Of a stretch of DNA of 48,186 nucleotides, positions 26,471 through 35,426 are shown one piece after another. Below the pieces are notes generated by a model, which did not search any database, was not told where the DNA came from, and saw only the letters and a program-made list of their open reading frames with translations. The position numbers and the translations under genes were made by a program. The DNA is taken from positions 1 through 48,186 of the forward strand of contig JBBCAX010000140.1 in NCBI GenBank assembly GCA_051382335.1. The letters run 5' to 3'. The DNA is from Deltaproteobacteria bacterium TL4. Lineage in GTDB: Bacteria; SAR324; NAC60-12. Every line of letters starts with the position of its first letter. Position 1 is the stretch's first letter.

Positions 26471-28519
26471 ATGAATCCAATTTTAATGAGTATGATTGTG
26501 ACTTTGTCATTGGCCGTGACTCTGTATGCTTTATACATGAAAGCCATGGTTTTACGTTTAGCCGAACCTGAAAATCGGTTTGATCAAATTCCTGAACGTA
26601 TTAAACAATTATTTAAGATTGGATTCATGCAAAACCGCCTGATCGGTCGCAAACGAGAGCGGTCTTCAGGGGCAATGCACTCTTTCATCTTCTGGGGATT
26701 CCTGATTGTCAGTATCCGCTCTGTTGTTTTGATTGGAGAAGGCTTTACGGAAGGATTCCAAAACCCCCTCCCTTTCATTGGTGCCGACTGGCTGGGGGGG
26801 TATGTTTATACCCTGATCAAAGATGTGACCGAAGCGATCGTTTTTTCTATGATTGTGTTTGCTTTGTATCGAAGACTTGTTTTGAGGCCAGCACGGCTCA
26901 CGAATAGTTTTGCCTCTTTTTTGGTTTTGGGGTTTATCTTCTTCTTGATGTTGACCGATCTTTTATACGATGGCGCAAAATTTAACCTGATTAATGTATA
27001 TGGGCAACACCTTGAGTATTTACACAGCCCCATTTATGGTCATGAGATGGACTGGGCCCCCTTTGCCACGCTTTTTGGTTCTTTGATCGCCAACTTGGGT
27101 GAAACCGCAAATGCCGCGATTTATCTTTTCGCATACTGGATTCACATCAGTGTGCTGGCGGTCTTCCTGCCCTTTCTCCCGGGGTCCAAACACATGCATG
27201 TGATCAGCGCCTTGCCCAACGTCTTTTTTAGTTCTTTGGGGTATCCGCATGCTCCCATTAAACTTTTGGATTGTGAAGATGAATCGGCCTGGGAGAAGGA
27301 ATCCTTGGGGGTGAGCCGTATTGAACAGTTGACTTGGAAGCAAGTGTTGGACCTATATACCTGTACGGAATGCGGACGATGCAAAGATGTGTGTCCGACC
27401 TATGTAACCCATAAACCGCTGACCTTGAAAGATTTCAATGATAGTTTGAAACATCATCTGGTTGACGAAGTTCATCATCTTAAAGAACATGGAAAAAGCA
27501 GTGGTACCAAACAATTGATTGGTGATGTCATTCATCCTGATACCCTGTGGGCTTGTACCACCTGCCGGGCCTGTGAAGAAGTCTGTCCTGTAATGATTGA
27601 ACACGTACCCAGAATCATTGCTATGAGACAAGCACAGACCTTGTTGCTGGAAGCGCAACCTGAGGAAATGGGACTTGCTTATAAAGGTTTGGAGCGGAAC
27701 TATAACCCTTGGGGAATTGGCTACGACAAACGTGCTGTTTGGGCCAATGGCCTGAATATCCCTTTGATGAGTGATACAAAAGCTGAAGATATTGATGTCT
27801 TGATGTGGACGGGATGTGCCGGTGCATTTGATGATCGTAATCAAAAAGTAGTTCAAGCCACCGCAAAAATACTACAAAAAGCCGGAGTAAAATTTGCGAT
27901 CTTGGGTAGCGAGGAAAAATGTACAGGCGATTTAGCAAGACGGTCTGGTAATGAAATGCTGTATCAGATGCTTGCGGGTGACAATGTGGAAACATTAAAT
28001 AATTACAATATTAAGAAGATTGTGACGACGTGTCCTCATTGTCTGAATTCCTTGAAAAATGAGTATCCTCAACTCGGTGGACATTATGAAGTGATCCATC
28101 ATACGCAGTTTATTTCAAAATTAGTGGAAGAAAAGAGATTGAACCTTCAACCCTGCACAGAGGGCAGCGTTACTTTTCATGACCCCTGCTATTTGGGGCG
28201 GTATAATCAGGAATATGAGGCACCTCGTAAGCTGTTGAGTGCGGTCGCTAAAAACAAACCGATTGAGCTGAGACGCAGCCGTAATGAGAGTTTTTGTTGC
28301 GGCGCTGGGGGGGCTCGCATGTGGATGGAAGAAACGATTGGAACACGCATTAATGAAGAGCGTGTTTTACAAGCGACGGAAGTTGGCGCAACAGTGGTTG
28401 CTACAGGATGTCCTTTTTGTATGACCATGATTAGCGATGGTATCTCTTCCACAGGACAGGAAGAAACAATGAAGGTCCAGGATATCTCAGAGCTTGTACT
28501 GAACTCTTTGAAAGATTAG
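26471..28519 (+). CDS. Membrane Fe-S oxidoreductase, FadF/HdrD-like (probable ETF:quinone oxidoreductase)
   Basis: N-terminal TM helices with His ligands, two CxxCxxCxxxCP clusters, CCG domains (FHDPCYLGR, CCGAGG, CPFC); follows etfBA. Confidence 0.88.
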   Translation: MNPILMSMIVTLSLAVTLYALYMKAMVLRLAEPENRFDQIPERIKQLFKIGFMQNRLIGRKRERSSGAMHSFIFWGFLIVSIRSVVLIGEGFTEGFQNPLPFIGADWLGGYVYTLIKDVTEAIVFSMIVFALYRRLVLRPARLTNSFASFLVLGFIFFLMLTDLLYDGAKFNLINVYGQHLEYLHSPIYGHEMDWAPFATLFGSLIANLGETANAAIYLFAYWIHISVLAVFLPFLPGSKHMHVISALPNVFFSSLGYPHAPIKLLDCEDESAWEKESLGVSRIEQLTWKQVLDLYTCTECGRCKDVCPTYVTHKPLTLKDFNDSLKHHLVDEVHHLKEHGKSSGTKQLIGDVIHPDTLWACTTCRACEEVCPVMIEHVPRIIAMRQAQTLLLEAQPEEMGLAYKGLERNYNPWGIGYDKRAVWANGLNIPLMSDTKAEDIDVLMWTGCAGAFDDRNQKVVQATAKILQKAGVKFAILGSEEKCTGDLARRSGNEMLYQMLAGDNVETLNNYNIKKIVTTCPHCLNSLKNEYPQLGGHYEVIHHTQFISKLVEEKRLNLQPCTEGSVTFHDPCYLGRYNQEYEAPRKLLSAVAKNKPIELRRSRNESFCCGAGGARMWMEETIGTRINEERVLQATEVGATVVATGCPFCMTMISDGISSTGQEETMKVQDISELVLNSLKD

Positions 28520-28557
28520 GGAATAAGGTTCCCTTTTTGCACCCCTGTCTTCTGCTT

Positions 28558-28591
28558 AAGAGAACGCCTGTAACCAAGAGGCGTTCTCTTT
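28558..28591 (+). terminator. Probable terminator hairpin after the etf operon
   Basis: Perfect 12-bp stem AAGAGAACGCCT / AGGCGTTCTCTT. Confidence 0.6.
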
Positions 28592-28913
28592 CTCGTTGAT
28601 TCGGTCGGGTCTTTTCCATTCCGCAAAGATATACTTTGAGTTCGCTCTTCTATTGGGTGTGGCCTTGGCCTGAAAATTTTACGGGCCGGGGATGCGTGTG
28701 TTTTTATTCTTTTACTGGTTGAGATTGATATTATAAATTTGTGAAATAGACCTTCCCAAAGGTTCAATTCTCATTATATCTGCCAAATCCTTATACGAAG
28801 TTGAGTATTTCCTGAAAAAAGCATTCGACAATGACGCTCATCCATGCTAGACACTAGCACTTTTAAATCATTAGCCGTATTAAAAAGGTCTTTGGGAAGT
28901 AAAAGTAAATGAT

Positions 28914-28940
28914 GATGGGTGCGTTTGTTGGTCGCCCATT
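28914..28940 (+). promoter_or_regulatory. rimP leader hairpin
   Basis: GATGGGTG...CGCCCATT stem about 30 nt upstream of rimP, where a TGGG/CCCA hairpin is commonly found. Confidence 0.5.
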
Positions 28941-28971
28941 ACTTTGTGTAATGTTTAGTTGGTTTGTGGTA

Positions 28972-29439
28972 ATGTCAAAGGTCAAGGAACGTGTCAAGGA
29001 AGAGTTGTTTCGGCCGATTGAGGAAATGGGTTATGAACTTGTGGATGTTGAGTATCGAAAAGAGGGGCCACAGCAGGTATTGAGACTTTTCATAGATCGG
29101 CCTCAGGGGATTCAGATTGAAGATTGTGTCAATGTTAATAAACTTTGTGATTCCATTTTAGATCAAAAGGAGTTAATCTCAACGACCTATACACTTGAAG
29201 TTTCATCGCCAGGGATTTTTCGTCCTCTTACAGAACCTAAACATTTTGAACGAGCTGTAGGGCAAAGGATTGGTGTTTGGCTTTATCGAAGCCTGGAGGG
29301 TATGAAAAAAGCGAAAGGCACACTAATTGAGATCTCAGAGCAAGGGATAAGGCTAAAACTTGAAGAAGGAGGAAAGGAGTTACATATTCCCTATGAACTC
29401 ATTTCCAAGTCGAACCTGGAGCCTGAATTAGAGTTTTGA
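28972..29439 (+). CDS. rimP: Ribosome maturation factor RimP
   Basis: YELVDVE, LRLFID, IEDC and YTLEVSSPG motifs; operon position. Confidence 0.95.
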   Translation: MSKVKERVKEELFRPIEEMGYELVDVEYRKEGPQQVLRLFIDRPQGIQIEDCVNVNKLCDSILDQKELISTTYTLEVSSPGIFRPLTEPKHFERAVGQRIGVWLYRSLEGMKKAKGTLIEISEQGIRLKLEEGGKELHIPYELISKSNLEPELEF

Positions 29440-29452
29440 AGTTACTATAGAA

Positions 29453-30859
29453 ATGAGGTTGGTTTTGAAAGATAATATACTTGAAGTCATCAATGATGTT
29501 TCGAAGGAAAAAGGACTGGACCGAGATCTCTTAGTCCAACTTATTGAAGATGCGATTGTTCAGGCTGCAAGCAAGAAGTTACCGTATAATGCCATTGAGT
29601 GCCAGCTGAATCAAAAAACAGGTGAAATGGAACTCTTCCATTATAAGCGCGTGGTTGAATTTCCTGAAGATCCTGACAACGAAATCGCACTTGAGGTTGC
29701 ACTTGAAATGGATGAGTCGGCCGCCATTGATGATGAAGTTGAGTATGAAATTGAAGAACGTGAATTTAATCGAATTGCTCAATCTTCCCGTCAGATCATT
29801 TTGAAGAAAGTCAAGGAAGCGGAACGTGAGATGGTTTTCAACACGTTTAAGGAACGGAAGGGGGAGATCTTGACAGGAGAAGTGGTCCGGACAGAATCAA
29901 ACGGACGTGTTTCCATAAACTTTTTGAATAAAACTGAAGCCTATTTATTTAAGCGCGAACAGATTCCAGGCGAGGTATTCACCTATGGCGATCATATCCG
30001 TGTTTATTTGATGGATGTCAGTAATGATCCCCAAAAACCTTCGCAACTGGCTATCTCCAGGACTCATCCCGGATTGCTGATTAAGCTTTTTGAAATGGAA
30101 GTTCCTGAGATTTACGATGGCATTGTGACCATTGTCAGTGCCGCCCGTGAACCTGGGAAGCGTGCTAAAATCTCCGTATATACGGAGGATCCTGATGTCG
30201 ATCCTGTGGGCGCGTGTGTTGGCATACGTGGCAGTCGTGTTCAATCGATCGTCAGTGAGTTGCAAGGTGAAAAAATTGATATTGTTCGATGGAATGAAGT
30301 CCTTGAAGCCTATGCCACCAATGCCCTCGCTCCCGCAGAAGTCATGAGCATGGAAATTGATAAGGTCCGTAAGGGAATTGACGTGTGGGTTGAGCCGGAT
30401 CAACTCTCTTTGGCCATTGGTCGTCAGGGACAAAATGTACGGCTTGCCTCAAAGCTGATAGGTTATAAGATTAATGTGTCCGCAGTGGAACTCCACCAGG
30501 GTTTGTCGATTGATGAGCAATTGGCCTTAGAGATGGACAAAAAATCACGGGAAGAAAAAGCGCGAGAGCAAGAAAAGCAGGACGGACGATCTTCTTCAGG
30601 CGCGGCACTGAGCGAAGGTGCTTCTGTCCGGAAAGAGTCCGAAAAATCACAAAACAACAGTGAAGAAGGAGCTAAGGGGCAGAACGGTGTCGGGAATTCT
30701 TCAGACGCAGATATAGCTGTAGAAAAAGAAGAGCCACGGGACGTTGAAGAGTCTGAATTGAAAAGTGATGATATGGCAACAACAAATGTGGAAACCTCGA
30801 GTACAGAGATTTCTGAACCAGCAGAAGTGAAGGACGAGGTTGAAAATGATGCTGTTTAA
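29453..30859 (+). CDS. nusA: Transcription factor NusA with acidic low-complexity C-terminal tail
   Basis: SRTHP, AREPGKRAKI, DPVGACVG and SLAIGRQGQNVRLA motifs; start could be TTG 29465. Confidence 0.97.
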   Translation: MRLVLKDNILEVINDVSKEKGLDRDLLVQLIEDAIVQAASKKLPYNAIECQLNQKTGEMELFHYKRVVEFPEDPDNEIALEVALEMDESAAIDDEVEYEIEEREFNRIAQSSRQIILKKVKEAEREMVFNTFKERKGEILTGEVVRTESNGRVSINFLNKTEAYLFKREQIPGEVFTYGDHIRVYLMDVSNDPQKPSQLAISRTHPGLLIKLFEMEVPEIYDGIVTIVSAAREPGKRAKISVYTEDPDVDPVGACVGIRGSRVQSIVSELQGEKIDIVRWNEVLEAYATNALAPAEVMSMEIDKVRKGIDVWVEPDQLSLAIGRQGQNVRLASKLIGYKINVSAVELHQGLSIDEQLALEMDKKSREEKAREQEKQDGRSSSGAALSEGASVRKESEKSQNNSEEGAKGQNGVGNSSDADIAVEKEEPRDVEESELKSDDMATTNVETSSTEISEPAEVKDEVENDAV

Positions 30860-30907
30860 AAACCAAATTTTTCGAAGTCCACGTAACTTATTAAGTAAGG
30901 AATAAAC

Positions 30908-33661
30908 ATGGCAAAACTGAGGGTGTTTGAATTGGCAAAAGAGTTGAATATGCCGGCCAAACAATTACTCCAGACAGTACGTAAAATGGGAATTCCCGTT
31001 TCAAGTAATTTTAACGCACTGGCGGATAGTCAGATTGTTGTTATAAAAAGAAAATTGCTGGATTCTGCCACTCAAAGTGAACAGTTGCTTTCCGAGGATG
31101 TAGAGCGAGGGGGACGGCGTGTGATTTCTGCACGGCGCTCGGAACAAGTACACATCATCCAGAAGTCTTTGGAAGCGAATGGGGTTTCTGTCGTCTCTAA
31201 ACAACCACGACGTTTGAGAAAAGCGAACAAGGAAACAGAGGAAGAAGAAGCTGTTGCTCCGTTACCACCTGAGACAGGAACCGAGGTCCGGGTTGCGGCA
31301 GAGGCTGAGATTGAGACGGTGGTTGACATTGAGAAATCAACAGCTTTTGATTTACCAAGAAGGGAGGTTGTTCTTGAGCCTGAACCTAAGCCTGTCGTTG
31401 TTCCTGAAAAACAAGAAATCAAGGCCGAGAACGAGACTTCTTCCGTAGTGCCCTTGCCTAAACAAGAAGCGCCTAGGCAGGAAAAAAGGGAGAGGGTGCC
31501 CTTACCACCCAAAGTTACGGAAGAATCTGAGTCCAAAAAGCAATTTAAGTCCAAACCTTCTGCGGAATCTCCAGTTATTGTCCAGGGACCGGAAGTAACT
31601 TTAAAGCAAGAGGAGAGTCCGGAACTTTCTAAAGAGGAAAAAAAGCCTGAGCTCAAAATTTCTGAAAAAGAAGCTCTCAAACGTAAAGGGAAGCCTAAGG
31701 CTAAAACCGAAGATGAACTTTTTGAATATGACGGCGCAGATAAAAGACTTGGAAAAGACGTAAAAAAAGTGAAGTTCCCCCGCGTCGCCCGTGTTGAGGA
31801 GCGATTTCGTAGTGACGACGATATGGAAATGGCCCCACGTCGAAAATCGAGACCTACCAAAAAGATCAAAGAAATAAAGAAAGTAGAGATTCCCAAGCAT
31901 ACCTTTAATCCACGCAAAAAGAATATTAAAGTGGGCAATCAAATTACCGTGTCAGAGTTTGCGGGGATGATTGGCATTAAGGTTCCTGAAATCATAAAGA
32001 AATTGATGGAACTTGGGATAATGGCAACCATCAATCACGCAATTCCAGGGGAAACGGCGGCTCTGGTCGCAAGCGAGTTTAACATTGAACTTGAAGTTGG
32101 AACGACTGATATTGAAGATGTGTTGAAAGAAGAAAAAGAGGAAGATGAAAAACTCCTGACACGTGCTCCTATTGTCACTGTGATGGGGCATGTCGATCAC
32201 GGGAAAACCTCTCTGTTGGACAAGATTCGTTCAACGTTGGTGACAAAAGGTGAAGCTGGAGGAATTACTCAGCATATTGGTGCTTATCATGTAGAAACCG
32301 AAGTAGGAAATATTACATTTTTGGATACTCCTGGTCATGAAGCGTTTACGGCGATGAGAGCTCGAGGAGCCAATGTCACGGATATTGTTGTTTTAGTTGT
32401 TGCTGCGGATGATGGAGTTCAACCTCAAACGGTGGAAGCCATCCATCATGCTCAGGCGGCTGATGTTCCTATCATTGTCGCGGTCAATAAAATTGATCGC
32501 CCTGATGCAAGTCCGGCTCGAATTCAGCAGGAGTTATTGTCGCATCAATTGGTTTCGGAAGACTTGGGCGGAAGCACTATCTTCGTTCCTGTGTCTGCAA
32601 AGACAGGAGAAGGGATTAATTTTCTCCTTGAAATGATTCAGTTACAGGCTGAAATCCTGGAGTTGAAAGCGACAATCGAGGGGAATGCCCGGGGAATTAT
32701 TATTGAGTCGAAAATTGCCAAAGGGCGCGGCGCTGTCGGAACTGTTTTAATTCAAAAGGGAACTTTAAAAGTAGGCGATTTCTTTGTGGTTGGAAATACC
32801 TATGGCCGTGTTCGTGCCATGTATAGTGACCATGGTTCGCCTTTAGACTCGGTAGGCCCCTCCTACCCCGCAGAAATTGTAGGGTTTAACGAAGTTCCTG
32901 AAACCGGGGGACAGTTCATCGTAATTGAGGATGAAAAAGCGACTCGTCAAATTGCAGCTTCCCGAACGGATCGAAGGAAAGAAGAGGTCGCCAGTTTACA
33001 GCAAAAGAGCCATTTGGAAAACTTGTTTAGCCAAGTTAGTGGGGGTGAGCCTGTTGAATTGAAACTGCTGATCAAGGCCGATGTTCAAGGTTCCGTTGAG
33101 GCCTTGCAAAATTCCTTGGCGGAGTTGGGCAATGATCACGTGTTTGTGAAGTTTATTCATACAGCTGTCGGGAACATTACGGAAACAGATGTAAGTTTAG
33201 CCTCGGCATCTGATGCGATTATTATTGCGTTCAATGTCAAACCAGAAATGAACGCAAAAAATTTGGCCATCAAAGAAGGTGTTGATGTTCGTCTCTATAA
33301 TGTGATTTATGATGCAATTAATGAGGTGAAAGCTGCCCTTGAAGGCCTGTTGGCACCTAATATTGAAGAAAAAGTTATAGGACATTGTGAGATTCGAAAG
33401 ATATACAATTCCAGCAAAACAGGAATGATTCTGGGGTGCTATGTCACTGATGGTAAAGTGGTCCGAAATGCTCATGCTCGTGTGTTGAGAAATAATGAGG
33501 TGATTCATGATGGCCATATTCTTTCCTTAAGGCGTTTTAAGGAAGATGCTCGTGAAGTCGTTAATAACTATGAATGTGGTGTCGCTATAGATTTTGAGGG
33601 AGTTCAGGAAGGTGATATTATTGAGCCTTATGAGCGAATTGAAGTCGCCGCGACCTTATAA
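30908..33661 (+). CDS. infB: Translation initiation factor IF-2
   Basis: RVFELAKEL, MGHVDHGKTSLLD, DTPGHEAF, NKID and KADVQGSVEAL motifs. Confidence 0.99.
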   Translation: MAKLRVFELAKELNMPAKQLLQTVRKMGIPVSSNFNALADSQIVVIKRKLLDSATQSEQLLSEDVERGGRRVISARRSEQVHIIQKSLEANGVSVVSKQPRRLRKANKETEEEEAVAPLPPETGTEVRVAAEAEIETVVDIEKSTAFDLPRREVVLEPEPKPVVVPEKQEIKAENETSSVVPLPKQEAPRQEKRERVPLPPKVTEESESKKQFKSKPSAESPVIVQGPEVTLKQEESPELSKEEKKPELKISEKEALKRKGKPKAKTEDELFEYDGADKRLGKDVKKVKFPRVARVEERFRSDDDMEMAPRRKSRPTKKIKEIKKVEIPKHTFNPRKKNIKVGNQITVSEFAGMIGIKVPEIIKKLMELGIMATINHAIPGETAALVASEFNIELEVGTTDIEDVLKEEKEEDEKLLTRAPIVTVMGHVDHGKTSLLDKIRSTLVTKGEAGGITQHIGAYHVETEVGNITFLDTPGHEAFTAMRARGANVTDIVVLVVAADDGVQPQTVEAIHHAQAADVPIIVAVNKIDRPDASPARIQQELLSHQLVSEDLGGSTIFVPVSAKTGEGINFLLEMIQLQAEILELKATIEGNARGIIIESKIAKGRGAVGTVLIQKGTLKVGDFFVVGNTYGRVRAMYSDHGSPLDSVGPSYPAEIVGFNEVPETGGQFIVIEDEKATRQIAASRTDRRKEEVASLQQKSHLENLFSQVSGGEPVELKLLIKADVQGSVEALQNSLAELGNDHVFVKFIHTAVGNITETDVSLASASDAIIIAFNVKPEMNAKNLAIKEGVDVRLYNVIYDAINEVKAALEGLLAPNIEEKVIGHCEIRKIYNSSKTGMILGCYVTDGKVVRNAHARVLRNNEVIHDGHILSLRRFKEDAREVVNNYECGVAIDFEGVQEGDIIEPYERIEVAATL

Positions 33662-33675
33662 ACATTTGGAGCAAA

Positions 33676-34056
33676 ATGCGTCATAATCGTGCGGGAAATT
33701 ACAATGTATTGGTTCAGAAGAAGCTGTCAGAAATTCTCCTTCGGAAAAGTAAGGACCCCCGGTTTGAACGAGTGACTGTCAGTCGTGTGGAAACGGATTC
33801 CGATTGCTCTTTTGCCAAGGTCTATGTGTCTATTTTCCCGTCGGATGAAACGGATGCGTTAGTTGAGTCTTTAAATCGTGCGGCAGGGTTTTTCAGCTCA
33901 TCGTTGGGAAAGATCCTGTATACACGCAACACGCCTAAATTGGTTTTTGTGTATGACGCGGGATTTGACTATAGTATGGAGATTGAGTCTCTGCTAAAAG
34001 AGGCAAACCGTAATTCCGGAACAGAGGGTGGATCTGAACAGGAAATGACCGATTGA
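33676..34056 (+). CDS. rbfA: Ribosome-binding factor A
   Basis: KDPR...VTVSRV, AKVYVS, AAGFF and TPKLVFVYD motifs; follows infB. Confidence 0.92.
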   Translation: MRHNRAGNYNVLVQKKLSEILLRKSKDPRFERVTVSRVETDSDCSFAKVYVSIFPSDETDALVESLNRAAGFFSSSLGKILYTRNTPKLVFVYDAGFDYSMEIESLLKEANRNSGTEGGSEQEMTD

Positions 34057-34068
34057 GAAGGTAAAAGC

Positions 34069-34983
34069 TTGAGTCTCTATGTGATTAATATCGATAAGCC
34101 CCTACGGTGGACGTCGAATGATGTTGTCAGATTCTTGAAAAGAAAACTGAAGGAAAAGAAAATTGGGCATTTAGGAACGCTTGATCCTTTAGCTACGGGG
34201 GTGCTTCCCGTTTTTATAGGCAAAGCCACAAAGTTGATCTCGGTATTTAACCATACAGAAAAGACTTACCGGGCAATCTTGAAATTAGGAGAGAGCACGA
34301 ATACTTTTGATGCTGAAGGAACCGTTCTTGAAAAAAAGGAGGTTTTTCATTTGTCAGAAGCGGAGATCAAAAATGTGATTTCCAAATACCAGGGCCGATT
34401 GATTCAATCCACTCCTGCTTATTCAGCAATTAAAATTGAAGGGGTACCGGCTTATCGATTAGCCCGTCAAGGTAAGGAGGTACCTTGCAAACAAAAAGAA
34501 GTTTGGATCCATGATCTTGAGCTTGAAGAGATTACCTTACCTCTGGTAAGAATTAAGGTAACTTGTTCAAAGGGGACCTATATTCGATCGCTGGCGAACG
34601 ATATTGGGAAGGACTTGAATGTGGGCGCTCATCTGTTCGCGTTGCAACGATTAGCCTGCGGAACATGGTTCACCATGGAGAATTCCTGTACCATTGAAGC
34701 GTTAGAGGCCGTGGAGGATCATCGGAACCTTCCTTACCTCAACCCTGCAACGCTCCTGGCTCATTTGCACACAGTTGTTGTGGATTCAAAAATGCGAGAT
34801 CATTTAGGTTGTGGTCGATTTTTGGAGATTTCTCCGCAGTGTTTGCAGTTAAAGCATGAGCTGATGGAAGACACTAGCTCTTTAACCAAAGCGATTGATC
34901 AAGATCAGAAGTTAATTGCTATTGGAAATCTGATTCAAAAACCAGAGTATTATCAATTTAATCCTTCTAAGATTTTTATATGA
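34069..34983 (+). CDS. truB: tRNA pseudouridine-55 synthase (TTG start)
   Basis: GHLGTLDPLATGVL, YSAIK and CSKGTYIRSL motifs. Confidence 0.96.
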   Translation: MSLYVINIDKPLRWTSNDVVRFLKRKLKEKKIGHLGTLDPLATGVLPVFIGKATKLISVFNHTEKTYRAILKLGESTNTFDAEGTVLEKKEVFHLSEAEIKNVISKYQGRLIQSTPAYSAIKIEGVPAYRLARQGKEVPCKQKEVWIHDLELEEITLPLVRIKVTCSKGTYIRSLANDIGKDLNVGAHLFALQRLACGTWFTMENSCTIEALEAVEDHRNLPYLNPATLLAHLHTVVVDSKMRDHLGCGRFLEISPQCLQLKHELMEDTSSLTKAIDQDQKLIAIGNLIQKPEYYQFNPSKIFI

Positions 34984-34999
34984 GGAGAAATAAGAAGTT

Positions 35000-35266
35000 A
35001 TGTTAACTAAAGAAGACAAAATCGATATCATCAAAGACTATGCGAAGACTAGTGATGATACGGGTTCAACCGAAGTTCAAATTGCGTTATTAACGGCCCG
35101 AATTAAATATTTGACGGAGCATTTTAAGCAACAACCTAAAGACTTTGCCTCTCGTAGAGGACTGCTCAAGTTGGTAGGTCAGCGACGAAGTTTTCTGGTT
35201 TATTTAAAGTCAATGGACAGCGTACGATATGTAGATATAACTAAACGTCTGGGAATTCGAAAGTAA
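35000..35266 (+). CDS. rpsO: 30S ribosomal protein S15
   Basis: DTGSTEVQIALLT and SRRGLLKLVGQRR motifs. Confidence 0.98.
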   Translation: MLTKEDKIDIIKDYAKTSDDTGSTEVQIALLTARIKYLTEHFKQQPKDFASRRGLLKLVGQRRSFLVYLKSMDSVRYVDITKRLGIRK

Positions 35267-35426
35267 GTAGTATTATTTTTGAAACGGATGAACTAATCGG
35301 GGTACGTGTCTATTCCACTTTGATCAATGGATTTGCACCTATAGTCAAACAAGCTGGAGAGTTCCAGTATTCAGCGCCAAGCACGGACAGGAAGTTCCGT
35401 ATACCCGTCGATAGAGGAGATTGTGA

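Noticed and set aside
28520..28900. tRNA, riboswitch or other ncRNA in long intergenic regions (also 15745-16180, 37500-38070, 42023-42360)
   Set aside because: No cloverleaf or riboswitch consensus recognised by eye; a tRNAscan/Infernal run is needed to exclude them.
31072..31938. 288-aa antisense ORF inside infB, and similar long antisense ORFs in dnaK, DegT and PEGA genes
   Set aside because: Shadow frames of strongly supported genes, with low-complexity composition and no motifs.
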